Notes: generated by a model not told the origin, from the letters alone. A stretch of DNA of 37,052 nt from a virus (IMGVR_UViG_3300036987_000515:1-37052); one strand, 5' to 3'; positions 1 to 10,462 are shown, counted from the stretch's first letter. Numbers and translations: made by a program.

Positions 1-2385
1 TCACGCCCGCAACACCGCGAAGTGCCTGCACGTCGCCGTGTTCCCCGCATCTGCCACAGAACAGTAGAACGCCGGTCGAAGCCACAACGCGCTCGTAAGG
101 TTCACCGATATGTCGCCCGCCGTGCCCGCCGCAAACCCGTATGGGCAGTGCAATCCCCAAGAGAATGCCACCACCCCGCTCGACCCGACCGCCCGGCAGA
201 CCAGCACGATTCGGTACAGCCAGTTGATCGCCGACCATCCATTGCTCGTGGACTGGCTCCCGAACTGAGACACCTTCGTGCTCCCAAGATACAGCCCGAG
301 CTGGATAGACGCCGCCACGGCCGTCGAGTACACCCCCTGGGCCGTCACCTCCAGCGTCCGCCCCACAGCCCAGAAGTTCGCCGGCAGTTCAACCCCAAGA
401 TCAAAGTTCGTCCACACCCCGAAATTGGCAAGCTGCGAGCTGTTCGCCGTGTTCACATAGATCAGCCTCGATCGCTCGGCGTATCCAAGCCCGGTTGCCT
501 GCGACGAATCCGCCACCACGCTCGCCCCGTCCGCCCCCACCGCCACCTTCCCCAGCGCCGACGCCCCGGTCGCAGCGATCAGATCCCCCTTCGTATACTC
601 CGTCAACCCCGTCCCGCCAAACGCCGCCCCCACCGTCGCCCCCTTCCAGGCGCACCCACTCAGTTCCCCCTGGTCATTCAGTGCCGCCTTCATCGCCCCG
701 GCAATCAAGAACTCCAACTGACTCGCAGGCGCCGCCCCCCCCGCCGTCAGCGTATGTCGAATCGCAGCATCGCGCCAGGCGGACGTCACCCCAGCCCCCG
801 GATCCGAGTCAAACGCCCCCCGCAATACCAGATCCGGAGAGGCCGAAAGACCGCCATTCGCAGTCACCGACGCCGCCTCCAGCCGCCCTCCACCGCGCGA
901 AAACAACAACCCGTTCCGCTCACATCCCGCGATAGTCACCCCCAACACCTTGTCATAAGTCCGCCAGAACTGCCCCGCGCTCGCACCCAAATCGATCGTC
1001 AACCCACCCGACGTCAGCGACCCACTCCCGTAGTTCGCCGAATCCTCATCGAGTTGCCATATGTAGCCCCCCAGGCTATGCGTGTTAATCAGGTCAAATC
1101 GCCGCCGCAGGACAACATCGTTGCCAGTATACCCTCCCGTTGCCAGCGTCACCCGGGAATCAATCCCAAACCCCATCTCCGCCCCCCCGAATCCCGTATC
1201 CCTCCACGCCGCGCGCACCTTGCCCTTAGTATCCACCCCCGGCACCGGGATCGCCTGCACCGTGATCGTCCCCGCCGTCGACTCTCTCCGTGCCGCCACC
1301 GAGCCAGCATGCACTGTCCCGCTCCCGTTATAGGATGTCAGCGCCGGTACCGTGCTCGAGCTGCCCGCCCAGACGCACCCGTCAATGTAGACTGCCGCAC
1401 CGCTGTCCAATGTCATCCACGCCCCGACCGTACCCTTTGCCGTACACCGAGTCACCCGCACCGCCGCCGCCCCGGACGCCCAGATCACCGCACCACTCGG
1501 CGCATTCGTCGCCTCCAGCACGCACTGGTCCACCCAGATCGACGAATATGTGCTCACATTGTCGTACATCCCCTTCACATGGCTCCGTCGCAGCAGCGAA
1601 TTTGTCCAGCCGCCCCCCACGATCACCGGGTCAGCGTGCTGCCCCTCGATATAGCAATCCTCAATCACACAATTGTCGAATCCACTCCCGCTCAGGGGTC
1701 CCAGCACGAGAGCCGGGCTCGTATACGTCGCCTTCAACTGAATCAAGGAAAAGCCAAATGCCGCAGAGTTCCCAACCGTCACCAGCAGCGGGAACTTGCT
1801 CCCATCCGACGTCGAATCCCACCGGATCACAGTCGATCGCCACCCAGCGCCACCAAACAGGATCACCCACTCCCTATTCAGCGTCACCGCCTCCTCCCAC
1901 AGTCCCGGGCCCACATGAACCACCCATCGCTGATTCGGCCCAGGCGCATCAGGCCCCGACGACGGAATCGCATCAATCGCCGCCTGGATGCTCGAATAGT
2001 CCCCCCCGCTTTTCCCCACCCGAACCGTATACTTGAACTTCCTCTGGTGAATCCCCGAATCCGCCACATGCCCGCTTAGCAGCCGATTCCCCCCTATATC
2101 GCCACCCAGCCCGATCGGCACCGGATGTTCGTCATCCTCGAGTAACGAGTAGAATTCGGTCTTGAGGACGTAATCCAGCATCAGGTCCAGCGTATCCGGG
2201 TGATCCAGGATCCCGTGAGTCGCGACGTGGTTCCACACTTCCGCCAGGCTCTTCTCGCCAACCTCCGTATCCTTCAGGAACAACCGCGTGCCGTCCGTGC
2301 CGAGGCTCGCCAATTCAGGATCCGGATAGACCCCATCCACTCCCAGAATCAATCGCTCCCCGAAAAGCTTGCCCTTGCTTGCCAT
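1..2385 (-). CDS. Tail fibre/spike with pectin-lyase-like beta-helix (putative depolymerase)
   Basis: VRVGKSGGDYSSIQAAIDAIP..VHVGPGLWEEAV beta-helix cap; fibre repeat GGTGLTEYTKGDLIAA; last gene of tail module. Confidence 0.75.
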   Translation of the reverse strand: MASKGKLFGERLILGVDGVYPDPELASLGTDGTRLFLKDTEVGEKSLAEVWNHVATHGILDHPDTLDLMLDYVLKTEFYSLLEDDEHPVPIGLGGDIGGNRLLSGHVADSGIHQRKFKYTVRVGKSGGDYSSIQAAIDAIPSSGPDAPGPNQRWVVHVGPGLWEEAVTLNREWVILFGGAGWRSTVIRWDSTSDGSKFPLLVTVGNSAAFGFSLIQLKATYTSPALVLGPLSGSGFDNCVIEDCYIEGQHADPVIVGGGWTNSLLRRSHVKGMYDNVSTYSSIWVDQCVLEATNAPSGAVIWASGAAAVRVTRCTAKGTVGAWMTLDSGAAVYIDGCVWAGSSSTVPALTSYNGSGTVHAGSVAARRESTAGTITVQAIPVPGVDTKGKVRAAWRDTGFGGAEMGFGIDSRVTLATGGYTGNDVVLRRRFDLINTHSLGGYIWQLDEDSANYGSGSLTSGGLTIDLGASAGQFWRTYDKVLGVTIAGCERNGLLFSRGGGRLEAASVTANGGLSASPDLVLRGAFDSDPGAGVTSAWRDAAIRHTLTAGGAAPASQLEFLIAGAMKAALNDQGELSGCAWKGATVGAAFGGTGLTEYTKGDLIAATGASALGKVAVGADGASVVADSSQATGLGYAERSRLIYVNTANSSQLANFGVWTNFDLGVELPANFWAVGRTLEVTAQGVYSTAVAASIQLGLYLGSTKVSQFGSQSTSNGWSAINWLYRIVLVCRAVGSSGVVAFSWGLHCPYGFAAGTAGDISVNLTSALWLRPAFYCSVADAGNTATCRHFAVLRA

Positions 2386-2398
2386 CGTCTTTCTCCTG

Positions 2399-5300
2399 TC
2401 AGTTCAGCCCGCCGCTGATGATCCCGCCCCGCAACCTCGCGCTCCAAACCCCGATTTCCATCACGGCGCGCCCGCCCACCGCGAACCGCACCGCCCCCGT
2501 CACCCCGACCTCCCCCGTATCCGTAATCCCGTTCGGCAACACCTCCGCGCCCAGGTCGGCTACGGTCACCAGGTCTCGAACCGGATGCGGGTTGACTCCG
2601 CCGTCATGAACCGCCCCGACGACCAGATCTCCACCGATCGTCAGCCAGGCAACCCGCTCTCGCGGCTCTCCCGGCCCCGCCAAGTCCCACCTGCGAAGGA
2701 AGAACAACAGCCGCCCCCCATCGTCCTCCGGCGTCCAGCGCAGACATTCGTTCTCAGGCACTCCGCCCAACTTCTCATACCCAAGCAGCGAGCTTCTGAG
2801 CAGCTTCAGCGACCCCTTCAGCCGCAGGTCACCCGTCCCTGTGAGCACCGCTACCCGCACTCCACTGATCACAAACTCAAACGCCTGGCCTCCCTGGATC
2901 GGCCGCACGAACGTCCCCGGCACCGCGATCGCCCCGCCGGCCGTCACGCCCTGCCAGTAGAACCTATCCGCCTGCGGCACCATCTGTACGGTCACGCTCC
3001 AGTGCGGTGCCGGCTGGTCTACCCGCGCCAGCGCCACAACCCGCCCTGGTGCCCCATAGCAGCCCGCCCGCGCCCGGTTCACCAGCACCGTGTCACACCG
3101 TTGCAGCGTCTCTCCCACCGATGGCGCCACCGCCACATCGGCATATTCCCAAAGTTGCAATGCCAGACTCAGGTAGTATTGCGCCAGGCCACTTACCCGC
3201 GCCTTCTGATCCTCGAACCCGCCAGCGTATCCACGCGCACTTTGGTGCCACATCAGGTTCCCGCTCGGCCGCGCTCTCATCCCATATCCCGCCGCCTGGC
3301 TATCCTCGTCCCGCGCCTCCATCGTCGCCCGGTAATCGCCAGTCCGCAGGTTGCGCCGGTAATAGAACATCACCTGGTTGAAAAACTCCTCCAGGCGCAC
3401 CTCCCGCGCAAAATCGTCCCTCAGCAGCAGCCGTTCCGATCCGCCCCCGTCACCGATTCCCGCCACCGCATCGCTCGCGTCTATCCAGGCACTGCCCCAC
3501 CGGCAAAAAAGCGTCCCCTGGTCAAACAGCAGCACCAGGCGCGATTCCCCCAGCAAGGCCGCCGTCAGATCTCGCAGCGTAATGTCCTCGATCACCCCCA
3601 AGGCCATTCGCCAGCCGGCTCCCTCAGCCTCTTCCCGCACCGCCTCAAAGCTCGCCGAATCCCGGTATGCCGCCATCCCAAAGTACTCCGGCGAGTCGAT
3701 CAGGTACGCCAGCAGATCCACCGGGTTCTCGAGCACCGTCACCGCTCCACCCCCTACCGGCGTCCCCGTTCGCCCGTCCACGTCTGCCACGATCGCCCCG
3801 TCCCACACCGTCTCCGCCGCGCCATAGTCCAATTCCAACGCCAGGCCAATCACTGCAAACTGTACCGGATCTCCGTTCGCCGGCAGGCTCAGCAGCACCT
3901 GCACGCCCCCCGTTGTCCCCGCCGGCGCCGCCTTGGTGAAGAAGGCCCACGGGTCCACGCCGGCTGTCCGGGCCCAATCCTGCGCGATCCTCCCCAGCGA
4001 GATCTCCTGCTCAAACACCTTGCTCGGAACATTGACGCCACTTACCGCGAAATAGCCCCCGCTCACCGTCGTGTCCGTATCCTGTCCCTCTGCTTGAGGG
4101 TCGTACTCAATATTGAGAACGAAGTTTGAAAACGAATTGCCACCCCAAACAGCATTCGGGCCAGACGGACTTGGGTCCGTTCGGAGATAGACTGCGGGGG
4201 AAAGTGTGATTTTAATCGCCTGAATCTTGCTCCATGACCACCCACCGGCAATCGTGCAAACCCCACTTGTGACGTTGCTGAAAAGCTGGTTATAGACGCG
4301 GGTAGCCATCCCAACGTCGCTAAAGAATTCGATCTGTACCGTGTTGGGTGTCCGATAGTTTTTGTACGCAGTCATTGACCACGTTACTGAGTTGATCTTG
4401 TCCTTCGACGTTGCTGCCGGAAGCGGACGGCTATTAACAAAAACCGGAGTCCTGCCAGAAAAAGGTTGCCCCGGCGAGGTCAGAACTTCTGCTGGTGCGT
4501 TGTTGAGATAGTCCCACGCACCGGAAAACCCGGTATCCACATTGCCGTCAAGCCCGGTTGCTACGGGAGAGGAATCCCCGGTTCTCCCGGGAGTGACGCA
4601 CGTTCCCCATGCAATCCCGCCTTCCGGACCACTCCAGTAGTAAGGTTCCGTTTTGTTCACCAAAAACGAGGTAAGAGTCTGCCGCTGAATTCCCCACCGG
4701 CTCCGCGGCAATGTCTGCGATCCGCTGATAGATCCACCAGCCGCGATTGCAGTCGGAGGTCGAATCACCCCCGACTTCAGCAGCGCGCCGCCCTTCCGCA
4801 CCTCGTAGTTCACCGCCGTAGTCGAATTCCGGTCATACTGCCCCGTTACCCGCAATCGCCCCCCCCGGAACTTCCCGAACAGCCGCCTCGGGTTCATCAG
4901 CCCCCCGTCCCAATGCGCATTGAAGATTGCATCAAAGACCCGGTCTGCCGCCGACGTTTTCATCACCGCCGCCTGCGCGCTCGCCGCGGGATCCAGCGCC
5001 AGGGGCAATTGTGCCACGAGGTTGCTCCCCATCCCCGGCCCCGCCTTCCAGCGCAGAAAACTCGTCGCCAGCGCGAACCCGGTCGTTGGATCGTAGGTCC
5101 CGTCCGTCTCAAGGATCCATTCCGAGGGAACCCCGCTCAGTCCCGTCGCGAACCGATCCGCACGCGGCCGACGCGCAAAATCCGCAACCGTGAAACTCTT
5201 CCCGGTCGCCGTCGTCAGCAGGCTCAACGTCGGAGCCTCGCCCAGCGGAGCCTCAACCTCATTATCATCCACCGATCGCACGTTGCTCATCCCCGCGATC

Positions 5301-6433
5301 GGCCCTGCAGCCACCACGTACCGGTATCGCGGTTGCCCGTCCGGTCCTACCGGGATCAGCCGCAACGCCGCCCCCTCGTCATGGTCACGCGCGGCCGTCG
5401 GCATTGCCCGCCCGCGCACGCAACCAGTAAGCGTGTTCCCCGTCCGCCCCCCGTACGAGATCACCTCACTGTCGATCAGCACCGTCCCCGACCCCGGCAA
5501 CGGCTGGCTCCCCCCCGTTGTCACGATCGAGGTCGCCCCCGCGCTCAGCGCTCCCGAGAGCGTCGTCTCCCGCCCCGTGTAGAGCTCCAGCACCACGGAG
5601 CCCGACGCATGTCCGGCCGCCGCCGTCGTCGGGAAACCCGTCCCCCTTCGGCATCCTGCCGATACGCTCCCAAGCCGTTTCCCCACCCGGTCGATCACCG
5701 GGTAGTACACCACCTCATCCCCGATCTCCAGGTACCCGCTATCCGGCCACAGCCGCAGATCCCCCTCGATCTCGAAAACCCCGTCCTGGTCATCCACTTC
5801 CGACGCCAGGTTTACCACCGGCCCCACGTCCACCGGCACAAGCGCCAGGCTGTCCACGCGCCCGAAAACCGGACCGCGCACCGCCCCATAGCTGTCGTGC
5901 GGAGCACGCGGCCAGTCCGCGTCCAGGATCGGCAAACCAACCGGCTTTTCCCCCGGCTGCAACGTCGCATCCACGCAATACAGCTCGCATTGATGCGTGC
6001 TCCATCGCGGCCGCTCCAGCCGGAACAACCCGTCCCATTTGATGTCCGCCTCGGAACCGCTCCCCACCAGGCGAACATCCAGAAAACCGATCCGAACCAG
6101 CACGTTCGTCAGCGGAACCCCGACCAGGATATCCTGCAACCGCGCCGGATCAGCCGATCCATCAGTCCGCTCCGGCGTGTTCAGCAGCATTATCGTTACA
6201 TCGTCATTCAGCGCTTCCCAACGCGAACCAGATAGATCCGCCCGCTTTGCCACCGACGCCCAGCTCCGCACCTTCGGCTCATAGACATGGCCCCCCAGTG
6301 TAAACGCGCGGTTCGCATAATATCGCCGCCCGATCGGAGCAGGCCAATCCACCCAAACCACACAGGCCAAATCCAATCCCAGCGACCCCGCGGCCGCCAG
6401 CCGGTCTCCCAATCCGCTGGATACCTCAAGCAT
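2399..6433 (-). CDS. Large tail tip/hub (host-specificity-like) protein
   Basis: ~1344 aa, two genes after tape measure; ATG at 6433 preferred over GTG 6448; duplicated GxxxIxxEVxxY..RG..TAAxxHxxG domain. Confidence 0.7.
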   Translation of the reverse strand: MLEVSSGLGDRLAAAGSLGLDLACVVWVDWPAPIGRRYYANRAFTLGGHVYEPKVRSWASVAKRADLSGSRWEALNDDVTIMLLNTPERTDGSADPARLQDILVGVPLTNVLVRIGFLDVRLVGSGSEADIKWDGLFRLERPRWSTHQCELYCVDATLQPGEKPVGLPILDADWPRAPHDSYGAVRGPVFGRVDSLALVPVDVGPVVNLASEVDDQDGVFEIEGDLRLWPDSGYLEIGDEVVYYPVIDRVGKRLGSVSAGCRRGTGFPTTAAAGHASGSVVLELYTGRETTLSGALSAGATSIVTTGGSQPLPGSGTVLIDSEVISYGGRTGNTLTGCVRGRAMPTAARDHDEGAALRLIPVGPDGQPRYRYVVAAGPIAGMSNVRSVDDNEVEAPLGEAPTLSLLTTATGKSFTVADFARRPRADRFATGLSGVPSEWILETDGTYDPTTGFALATSFLRWKAGPGMGSNLVAQLPLALDPAASAQAAVMKTSAADRVFDAIFNAHWDGGLMNPRRLFGKFRGGRLRVTGQYDRNSTTAVNYEVRKGGALLKSGVIRPPTAIAAGGSISGSQTLPRSRWGIQRQTLTSFLVNKTEPYYWSGPEGGIAWGTCVTPGRTGDSSPVATGLDGNVDTGFSGAWDYLNNAPAEVLTSPGQPFSGRTPVFVNSRPLPAATSKDKINSVTWSMTAYKNYRTPNTVQIEFFSDVGMATRVYNQLFSNVTSGVCTIAGGWSWSKIQAIKITLSPAVYLRTDPSPSGPNAVWGGNSFSNFVLNIEYDPQAEGQDTDTTVSGGYFAVSGVNVPSKVFEQEISLGRIAQDWARTAGVDPWAFFTKAAPAGTTGGVQVLLSLPANGDPVQFAVIGLALELDYGAAETVWDGAIVADVDGRTGTPVGGGAVTVLENPVDLLAYLIDSPEYFGMAAYRDSASFEAVREEAEGAGWRMALGVIEDITLRDLTAALLGESRLVLLFDQGTLFCRWGSAWIDASDAVAGIGDGGGSERLLLRDDFAREVRLEEFFNQVMFYYRRNLRTGDYRATMEARDEDSQAAGYGMRARPSGNLMWHQSARGYAGGFEDQKARVSGLAQYYLSLALQLWEYADVAVAPSVGETLQRCDTVLVNRARAGCYGAPGRVVALARVDQPAPHWSVTVQMVPQADRFYWQGVTAGGAIAVPGTFVRPIQGGQAFEFVISGVRVAVLTGTGDLRLKGSLKLLRSSLLGYEKLGGVPENECLRWTPEDDGGRLLFFLRRWDLAGPGEPRERVAWLTIGGDLVVGAVHDGGVNPHPVRDLVTVADLGAEVLPNGITDTGEVGVTGAVRFAVGGRAVMEIGVWSARLRGGIISGGLN

Positions 6434-6514
6434 CCCTAACCACCCCACCCGTCAGGGCAACAAGGTCAACAGGGTCAATCCCGTCCAAACGCCTTTCGGC
6501 CGACGATCGATTTC

Positions 6515-7153
6515 TCATAGGTACCCATCCTCCCCGGCAACCACCAGCTCCATCTCCCATGTCCTCAGCCCCGCCAGGGGAACCCGTGTCTGGAATCCCC
6601 GTTCCGTCGCTCCCAGGGCGACCACCGCCGTCCGCACTACCCCCTTGTCCTGGTCTCGCCAGGCTGCCGTAAACTGCCCCAGCCCCCAGTCCGCACGGTC
6701 CCGCAACCAGTCCAGGTATCCCGCCCAATCGCTCGCCGCAGCCGAGCCCAGCGTCAGCCGCACCCGCTCCCCAACGTCCCGCACCCGGGTCCGCAAAGGC
6801 ACCGCACCCGTCGTTTCCAGCGTCGCGATCCCCGGGTCGACCTCGCGGTCATACTCCGCAACGCTCGGCACACTCGCCGCCTGCCACACATACTTCGCCA
6901 CCCAGAACCGGTCACCCGCATTGCGCGCACGTTGCGCCACAAGCCGGCAAGTGACAACCAGCCCATTCACCGTCAGGATCCGCCCGAGGTATTCCACCAG
7001 CGTCCCTGTGCTCGAGGCAACAAATCCATGTCGACCCGCCGCCAACCCGCTTACCCCGTCCAGCGTCACCGCCGTGTTCACGGCGCCGATCGTGAACCCC
7101 GTCACCCCTTTCTCGTACTGCTTCTCCCGCGCAAACACCGGAGCAAAGATCAT
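6515..7153 (-). CDS. Tail tip protein (distal-tail position)
   Basis: 212 aa, overlaps tape measure stop; call from position only. Confidence 0.55.
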   Translation of the reverse strand: MIFAPVFAREKQYEKGVTGFTIGAVNTAVTLDGVSGLAAGRHGFVASSTGTLVEYLGRILTVNGLVVTCRLVAQRARNAGDRFWVAKYVWQAASVPSVAEYDREVDPGIATLETTGAVPLRTRVRDVGERVRLTLGSAAASDWAGYLDWLRDRADWGLGQFTAAWRDQDKGVVRTAVVALGATERGFQTRVPLAGLRTWEMELVVAGEDGYL

Positions 7154-9540
7154 AAGCCCCTCCTGTTTCCCGTAATCCCCAGCCGCGCCTGCTGATCCAG
7201 GATCCGCCCGACCTCCTTCGCCACCTGCACAGGATCCTGCGCCCCGTTGATATGGAAAATCTGCGATCGCGGCTCCGCCTGCCCCGCCGGCATCGAAGGC
7301 ATTGGCATCGGCTCAAACGGCATCGATTCGATGCTCCCATAGTTGAACGCGCTTCCCACCGCTGGCGTCTGCCCTCCCCAGATCAGATCCGTGACAGGCT
7401 GATAGAACCCTTTGGCCCACGCCCCCCACCAACCACTCGTCGCGAAGGCCGTGAGTCCCTTCTTGAGCCCCTCCACAATCGCGTCGGCCATCCAGGCGCC
7501 CACCTCCGTCGCAGCCCCGATGATCCCCGGCTTCATGTCATTCCACAGATCGCGCAACGCCGACAGGATCGGCTCCAGATCGTTCTTCGAAATCTCGATC
7601 CATTCTCGCAGGATCTCAGAAAACGGCTTGTTCTGCTCGATCCCGAGCCGCAAAGCTTCCACCAGATCCTCCCCCCAAACGGCGATGATCCCATTCAGGT
7701 TCTCCTCGTTGAACCACTGCGATAAATAACCTGCAATTTGCTCTCGAATCGCGTTCAACGGAACCCCGATTTCCGCCTTCAGTGCGTTCAGATTCTCTTT
7801 CATATCCTCTACCGCATTCAATCCAGCTTTCTTCGCCCGCCCCCATTCATCCCCAAGCTCTTTCGCGGCGCCTGTCACGTGCCCCGTGCTTTGCACCAGC
7901 CCGTCGGCTGTCTGCTGATAGCTTGCCAGAAACGTCTGCGCTTGCCCGCTGAAGCTCGACAATAGGGGCTCATTTTTCGACAGCAACGCGAAGAACGCGC
8001 TGAGGCCCTGTTCGCTCACGATCTTCGCCACCGCCGCGGGCATCTCGATCCCGATCGTCTCTGCCAGCATCTCGATCGACATCTGAAGATTATCAACCCC
8101 CACCGCCTGCTCGTCGAAAGCGTTCTGCGCGCGCGTCATATCTTCCGCCAGGTCCCCCTGCACCAGCTTCAGATTCTCAAGGCGCTGTTTCAGTTGATCC
8201 GCCACATTCAGCCGCTTGAAGTCGATGTCCGCCACGAACCGCGCGGCTTTGTCGTATTGCGAAAGCTCTTCGTTGTATTCCTTCAGCTCCCGCTTCAGCT
8301 CCCGCAATTCCCGCCGCTCCAGCCGGTTCAGGCGTTCCCCCTGCTCCTGCCGTTGCGTCAGCGCCTCATAACGGCTCAGCCGCGTCTGCGCCTCTGTCCC
8401 CATCTGCGCCAGCTCGTTCGCCTGCCGCCGGTATTCCTCGAGCTGCCTGTTCAGCGCCTCCAGCTCACGACGCATCCCGGAAAGCTCCGCCGTCTGTCCC
8501 TTCCAGGCCGCCGTCAAAGGCGTGTTCAAGCCTTCGATCTCCATCAGCTTGCGCCGGAAATCCTCGCTCGGGTTCACGATCTGTTCCATCACTTCCCCCA
8601 TGCCCTGCAGCCCCAGTTTGGCCGGCTGAAGGCCTCGCTTCATCCCCTGCTCCGTCACCGCGAGCAATTGACTGAAGCTCACCCCGATCTTCCCCGCCAG
8701 CGGCGCAATCCGAGCCATGACGCTATGGAGATCCTGTTGGCTGACCCCCGCGCGCCGCGCTGCAAGCGCCACCGCCGCCATGATCTCCGGTTGACGCTTC
8801 CATTCCTCGTTGAAAGCCTTCACCAGTTGCGCGCTCGAGCGTATGTTCTCCCGCGCCTCCGCTCCCGTCAGTTCCTCGATCTTCAGCGCCATCTTCGCCA
8901 CCGCGATCGCCGCGTCTGCAGGGACCATCGCATCGATCGCGTCCTTCACGGCATTCGCCGTGGGAAGCAGGTCGCCTGAAATCTCACGGCGCAGCTGTCT
9001 CGTCGCATCCTTCAGCTTGTCCGCTCCCTGGACCCCGCTTGCCGCCATCAGCTCAAAGATGTCCGCGAACTCATCCGCGTCATCCATCCCCTCCACCAGC
9101 CAGCCAATGATCCCGCGGATCCCGCTCGCGATACTGTCGAACAGTTGGATCCCGACCCCCGTCCAGACTCCATGCCAGATCGATCCAAACGTCTTCGCAA
9201 CTACGCCAGTCCGTTCCGTCTCCTCGCGGACTTTCCCCACCTCATCCCCGGCTGTCTCTGCCGCTTTCCCGGCGTCCTTCAGTTCCTCCCCCAGTTTTCC
9301 CGTTGCCGTCTCCGCACCCTTGCCCGCCGCCGTCACATCCTCCAGCGAATCCCCGACGTCCGTCACCCCGCGCGCCACCCCGGCAAGTTCTTCAATCTGC
9401 TTGCGGAACAGGTCCATCAGGGTCTCGTTCAGATCCACCGACCTCGCAGCTTCCCGCGCAGCCGCCTCCAGCGTACCTGTCAGCTTCTCCGCGTCCAGGT
9501 CGATAGTCCCGACGATCTCTACCCGCTTCTGATCCGCCAT
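7150..9540 (-). CDS. Tape measure protein
   Basis: ~796 aa Ala/Glu-rich helical protein with coiled coil, directly after tail chaperone; start MADQKRV. Confidence 0.9.
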   Translation of the reverse strand: MADQKRVEIVGTIDLDAEKLTGTLEAAAREAARSVDLNETLMDLFRKQIEELAGVARGVTDVGDSLEDVTAAGKGAETATGKLGEELKDAGKAAETAGDEVGKVREETERTGVVAKTFGSIWHGVWTGVGIQLFDSIASGIRGIIGWLVEGMDDADEFADIFELMAASGVQGADKLKDATRQLRREISGDLLPTANAVKDAIDAMVPADAAIAVAKMALKIEELTGAEARENIRSSAQLVKAFNEEWKRQPEIMAAVALAARRAGVSQQDLHSVMARIAPLAGKIGVSFSQLLAVTEQGMKRGLQPAKLGLQGMGEVMEQIVNPSEDFRRKLMEIEGLNTPLTAAWKGQTAELSGMRRELEALNRQLEEYRRQANELAQMGTEAQTRLSRYEALTQRQEQGERLNRLERRELRELKRELKEYNEELSQYDKAARFVADIDFKRLNVADQLKQRLENLKLVQGDLAEDMTRAQNAFDEQAVGVDNLQMSIEMLAETIGIEMPAAVAKIVSEQGLSAFFALLSKNEPLLSSFSGQAQTFLASYQQTADGLVQSTGHVTGAAKELGDEWGRAKKAGLNAVEDMKENLNALKAEIGVPLNAIREQIAGYLSQWFNEENLNGIIAVWGEDLVEALRLGIEQNKPFSEILREWIEISKNDLEPILSALRDLWNDMKPGIIGAATEVGAWMADAIVEGLKKGLTAFATSGWWGAWAKGFYQPVTDLIWGGQTPAVGSAFNYGSIESMPFEPMPMPSMPAGQAEPRSQIFHINGAQDPVQVAKEVGRILDQQARLGITGNRRGL

Positions 9541-9600
9541 CGCAAAAACCACCCTTCAGCCCCGTCAACCAAGTCCGCCCCGCCAAACCTGTCCCCGCCC

Positions 9601-9990
9601 TCACAAACACCCCAGACGCGCAAGCTTCCGGTTCACCTCATCGCAGTCCCGCCGAATCGCCTCGTCACCGCCGTTCACCGGCCCCTCCAGCCCGTCGACC
9701 CAATCCTCGAACGCGCTGTCCCCCATGATCCGGCCGCTCGCAGCCAGCGCCACCAGCCAGCCCCGTTGCCGTTCCATCCGCTCCAGGTCCCCGAGCACCT
9801 GCGAGAAACCAACGAATACCGCCAGACGCATCCCCAGCACGTCTACCACGCTCGCACCCGTCAACCGTGCCCACTCTGACACGAGGATCAAATCCCATCG
9901 CCCGCCGTCCCATTCCCCGTCACCCTCCCGGTCCCGCTCTCTATCAGCCCCGCAATCGCGCTGCCGCCTCGCGCCGCCGAGTTTTTTTTT
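9601..9990 (-). CDS. -1 frame extension of tail assembly chaperone (GT-like product)
   Basis: Open -1 frame KKKLGG..ARLGCL entered at A9 run; ends just before tape measure. Confidence 0.8.
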   Translation of the reverse strand, partial: KKKLGGARRQRDCGADRERDREGDGEWDGGRWDLILVSEWARLTGASVVDVLGMRLAVFVGFSQVLGDLERMERQRGWLVALAASGRIMGDSAFEDWVDGLEGPVNGGDEAIRRDCDEVNRKLARLGCL

Positions 9991-10409
9991 ACCCACTCCG
10001 GCACACCCGCCCACACCAGCTTCCCCAGTTCGGCCGCCACCCGCAACAGTTCGTCCAGGCCTCGAACGCGGTCCTTCAGCCACTCCTCATCCAGGTCCGG
10101 AGCGAAACGCAAAATCTGGGCGCGCAATTGCCCCCGCAACTGCTCGAACGCGCCCTCCAATCCCGCGCCATCAGGATCTGCGACCTTCCCCAGGCGGCCC
10201 CATGTGTCCTCCAGCCGCGCAGCCGTACCCAGCGCGTACGCCTTCGCTACCAGGTAGTCCTCTACCGTCGCCATCGCCATCAAACGGCTTTCCCGGTCCC
10301 CGATCCGCACCCGCCGCTCAACCTGCTCCTCGCCACGGTCCAGCAAAAACCCCAGATCCACCGTCTCCCCGCCGCTCGCACCGCCAGCCAGCCCATCCAT
10401 ATTTCCCAT
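9888..10409 (-). CDS. Tail assembly chaperone (G-like)
   Basis: Between tail tube and tape measure, contains slippery site; start 10409 or 10400. Confidence 0.8.
   Translation of the reverse strand: MGNMDGLAGGASGGETVDLGFLLDRGEEQVERRVRIGDRESRLMAMATVEDYLVAKAYALGTAARLEDTWGRLGKVADPDGAGLEGAFEQLRGQLRAQILRFAPDLDEEWLKDRVRGLDELLRVAAELGKLVWAGVPEWVKKNSAARGGSAIAGLIESGTGRVTGNGTAGDGI
9981..9991 (-). promoter_or_regulatory. Programmed -1 ribosomal frameshift site (GTA AAA AAA AAC)
   Basis: T9 run at 9982-9990 on plus strand joins the two overlapping frames. Confidence 0.85.
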
Positions 10410-10412
10410 CCT

Positions 10413-10457
10413 ATCCGTTCCTGATATCTGAAATCTGAGATCAAAAAAGCCCCGCCC
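10413..10457 (-). repeat. Intergenic element copy 1 (GGGCGGGGC-T6-GATCTCAGATTTCAGA..) after tail tube gene
   Basis: Near-identical to 13570-13622. Confidence 0.85.
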
Positions 10458-10462
10458 AACCG

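Noticed and set aside
1-450. Diversity-generating retroelement target in fibre C-terminus
   Set aside because: No reverse transcriptase or template repeat seen in the window
22-6235. Long plus-strand ORFs (685, 586, 589 aa) and similar shadows elsewhere
   Set aside because: Arg/Pro/His-rich antisense frames of real genes, expected from high GC and skew
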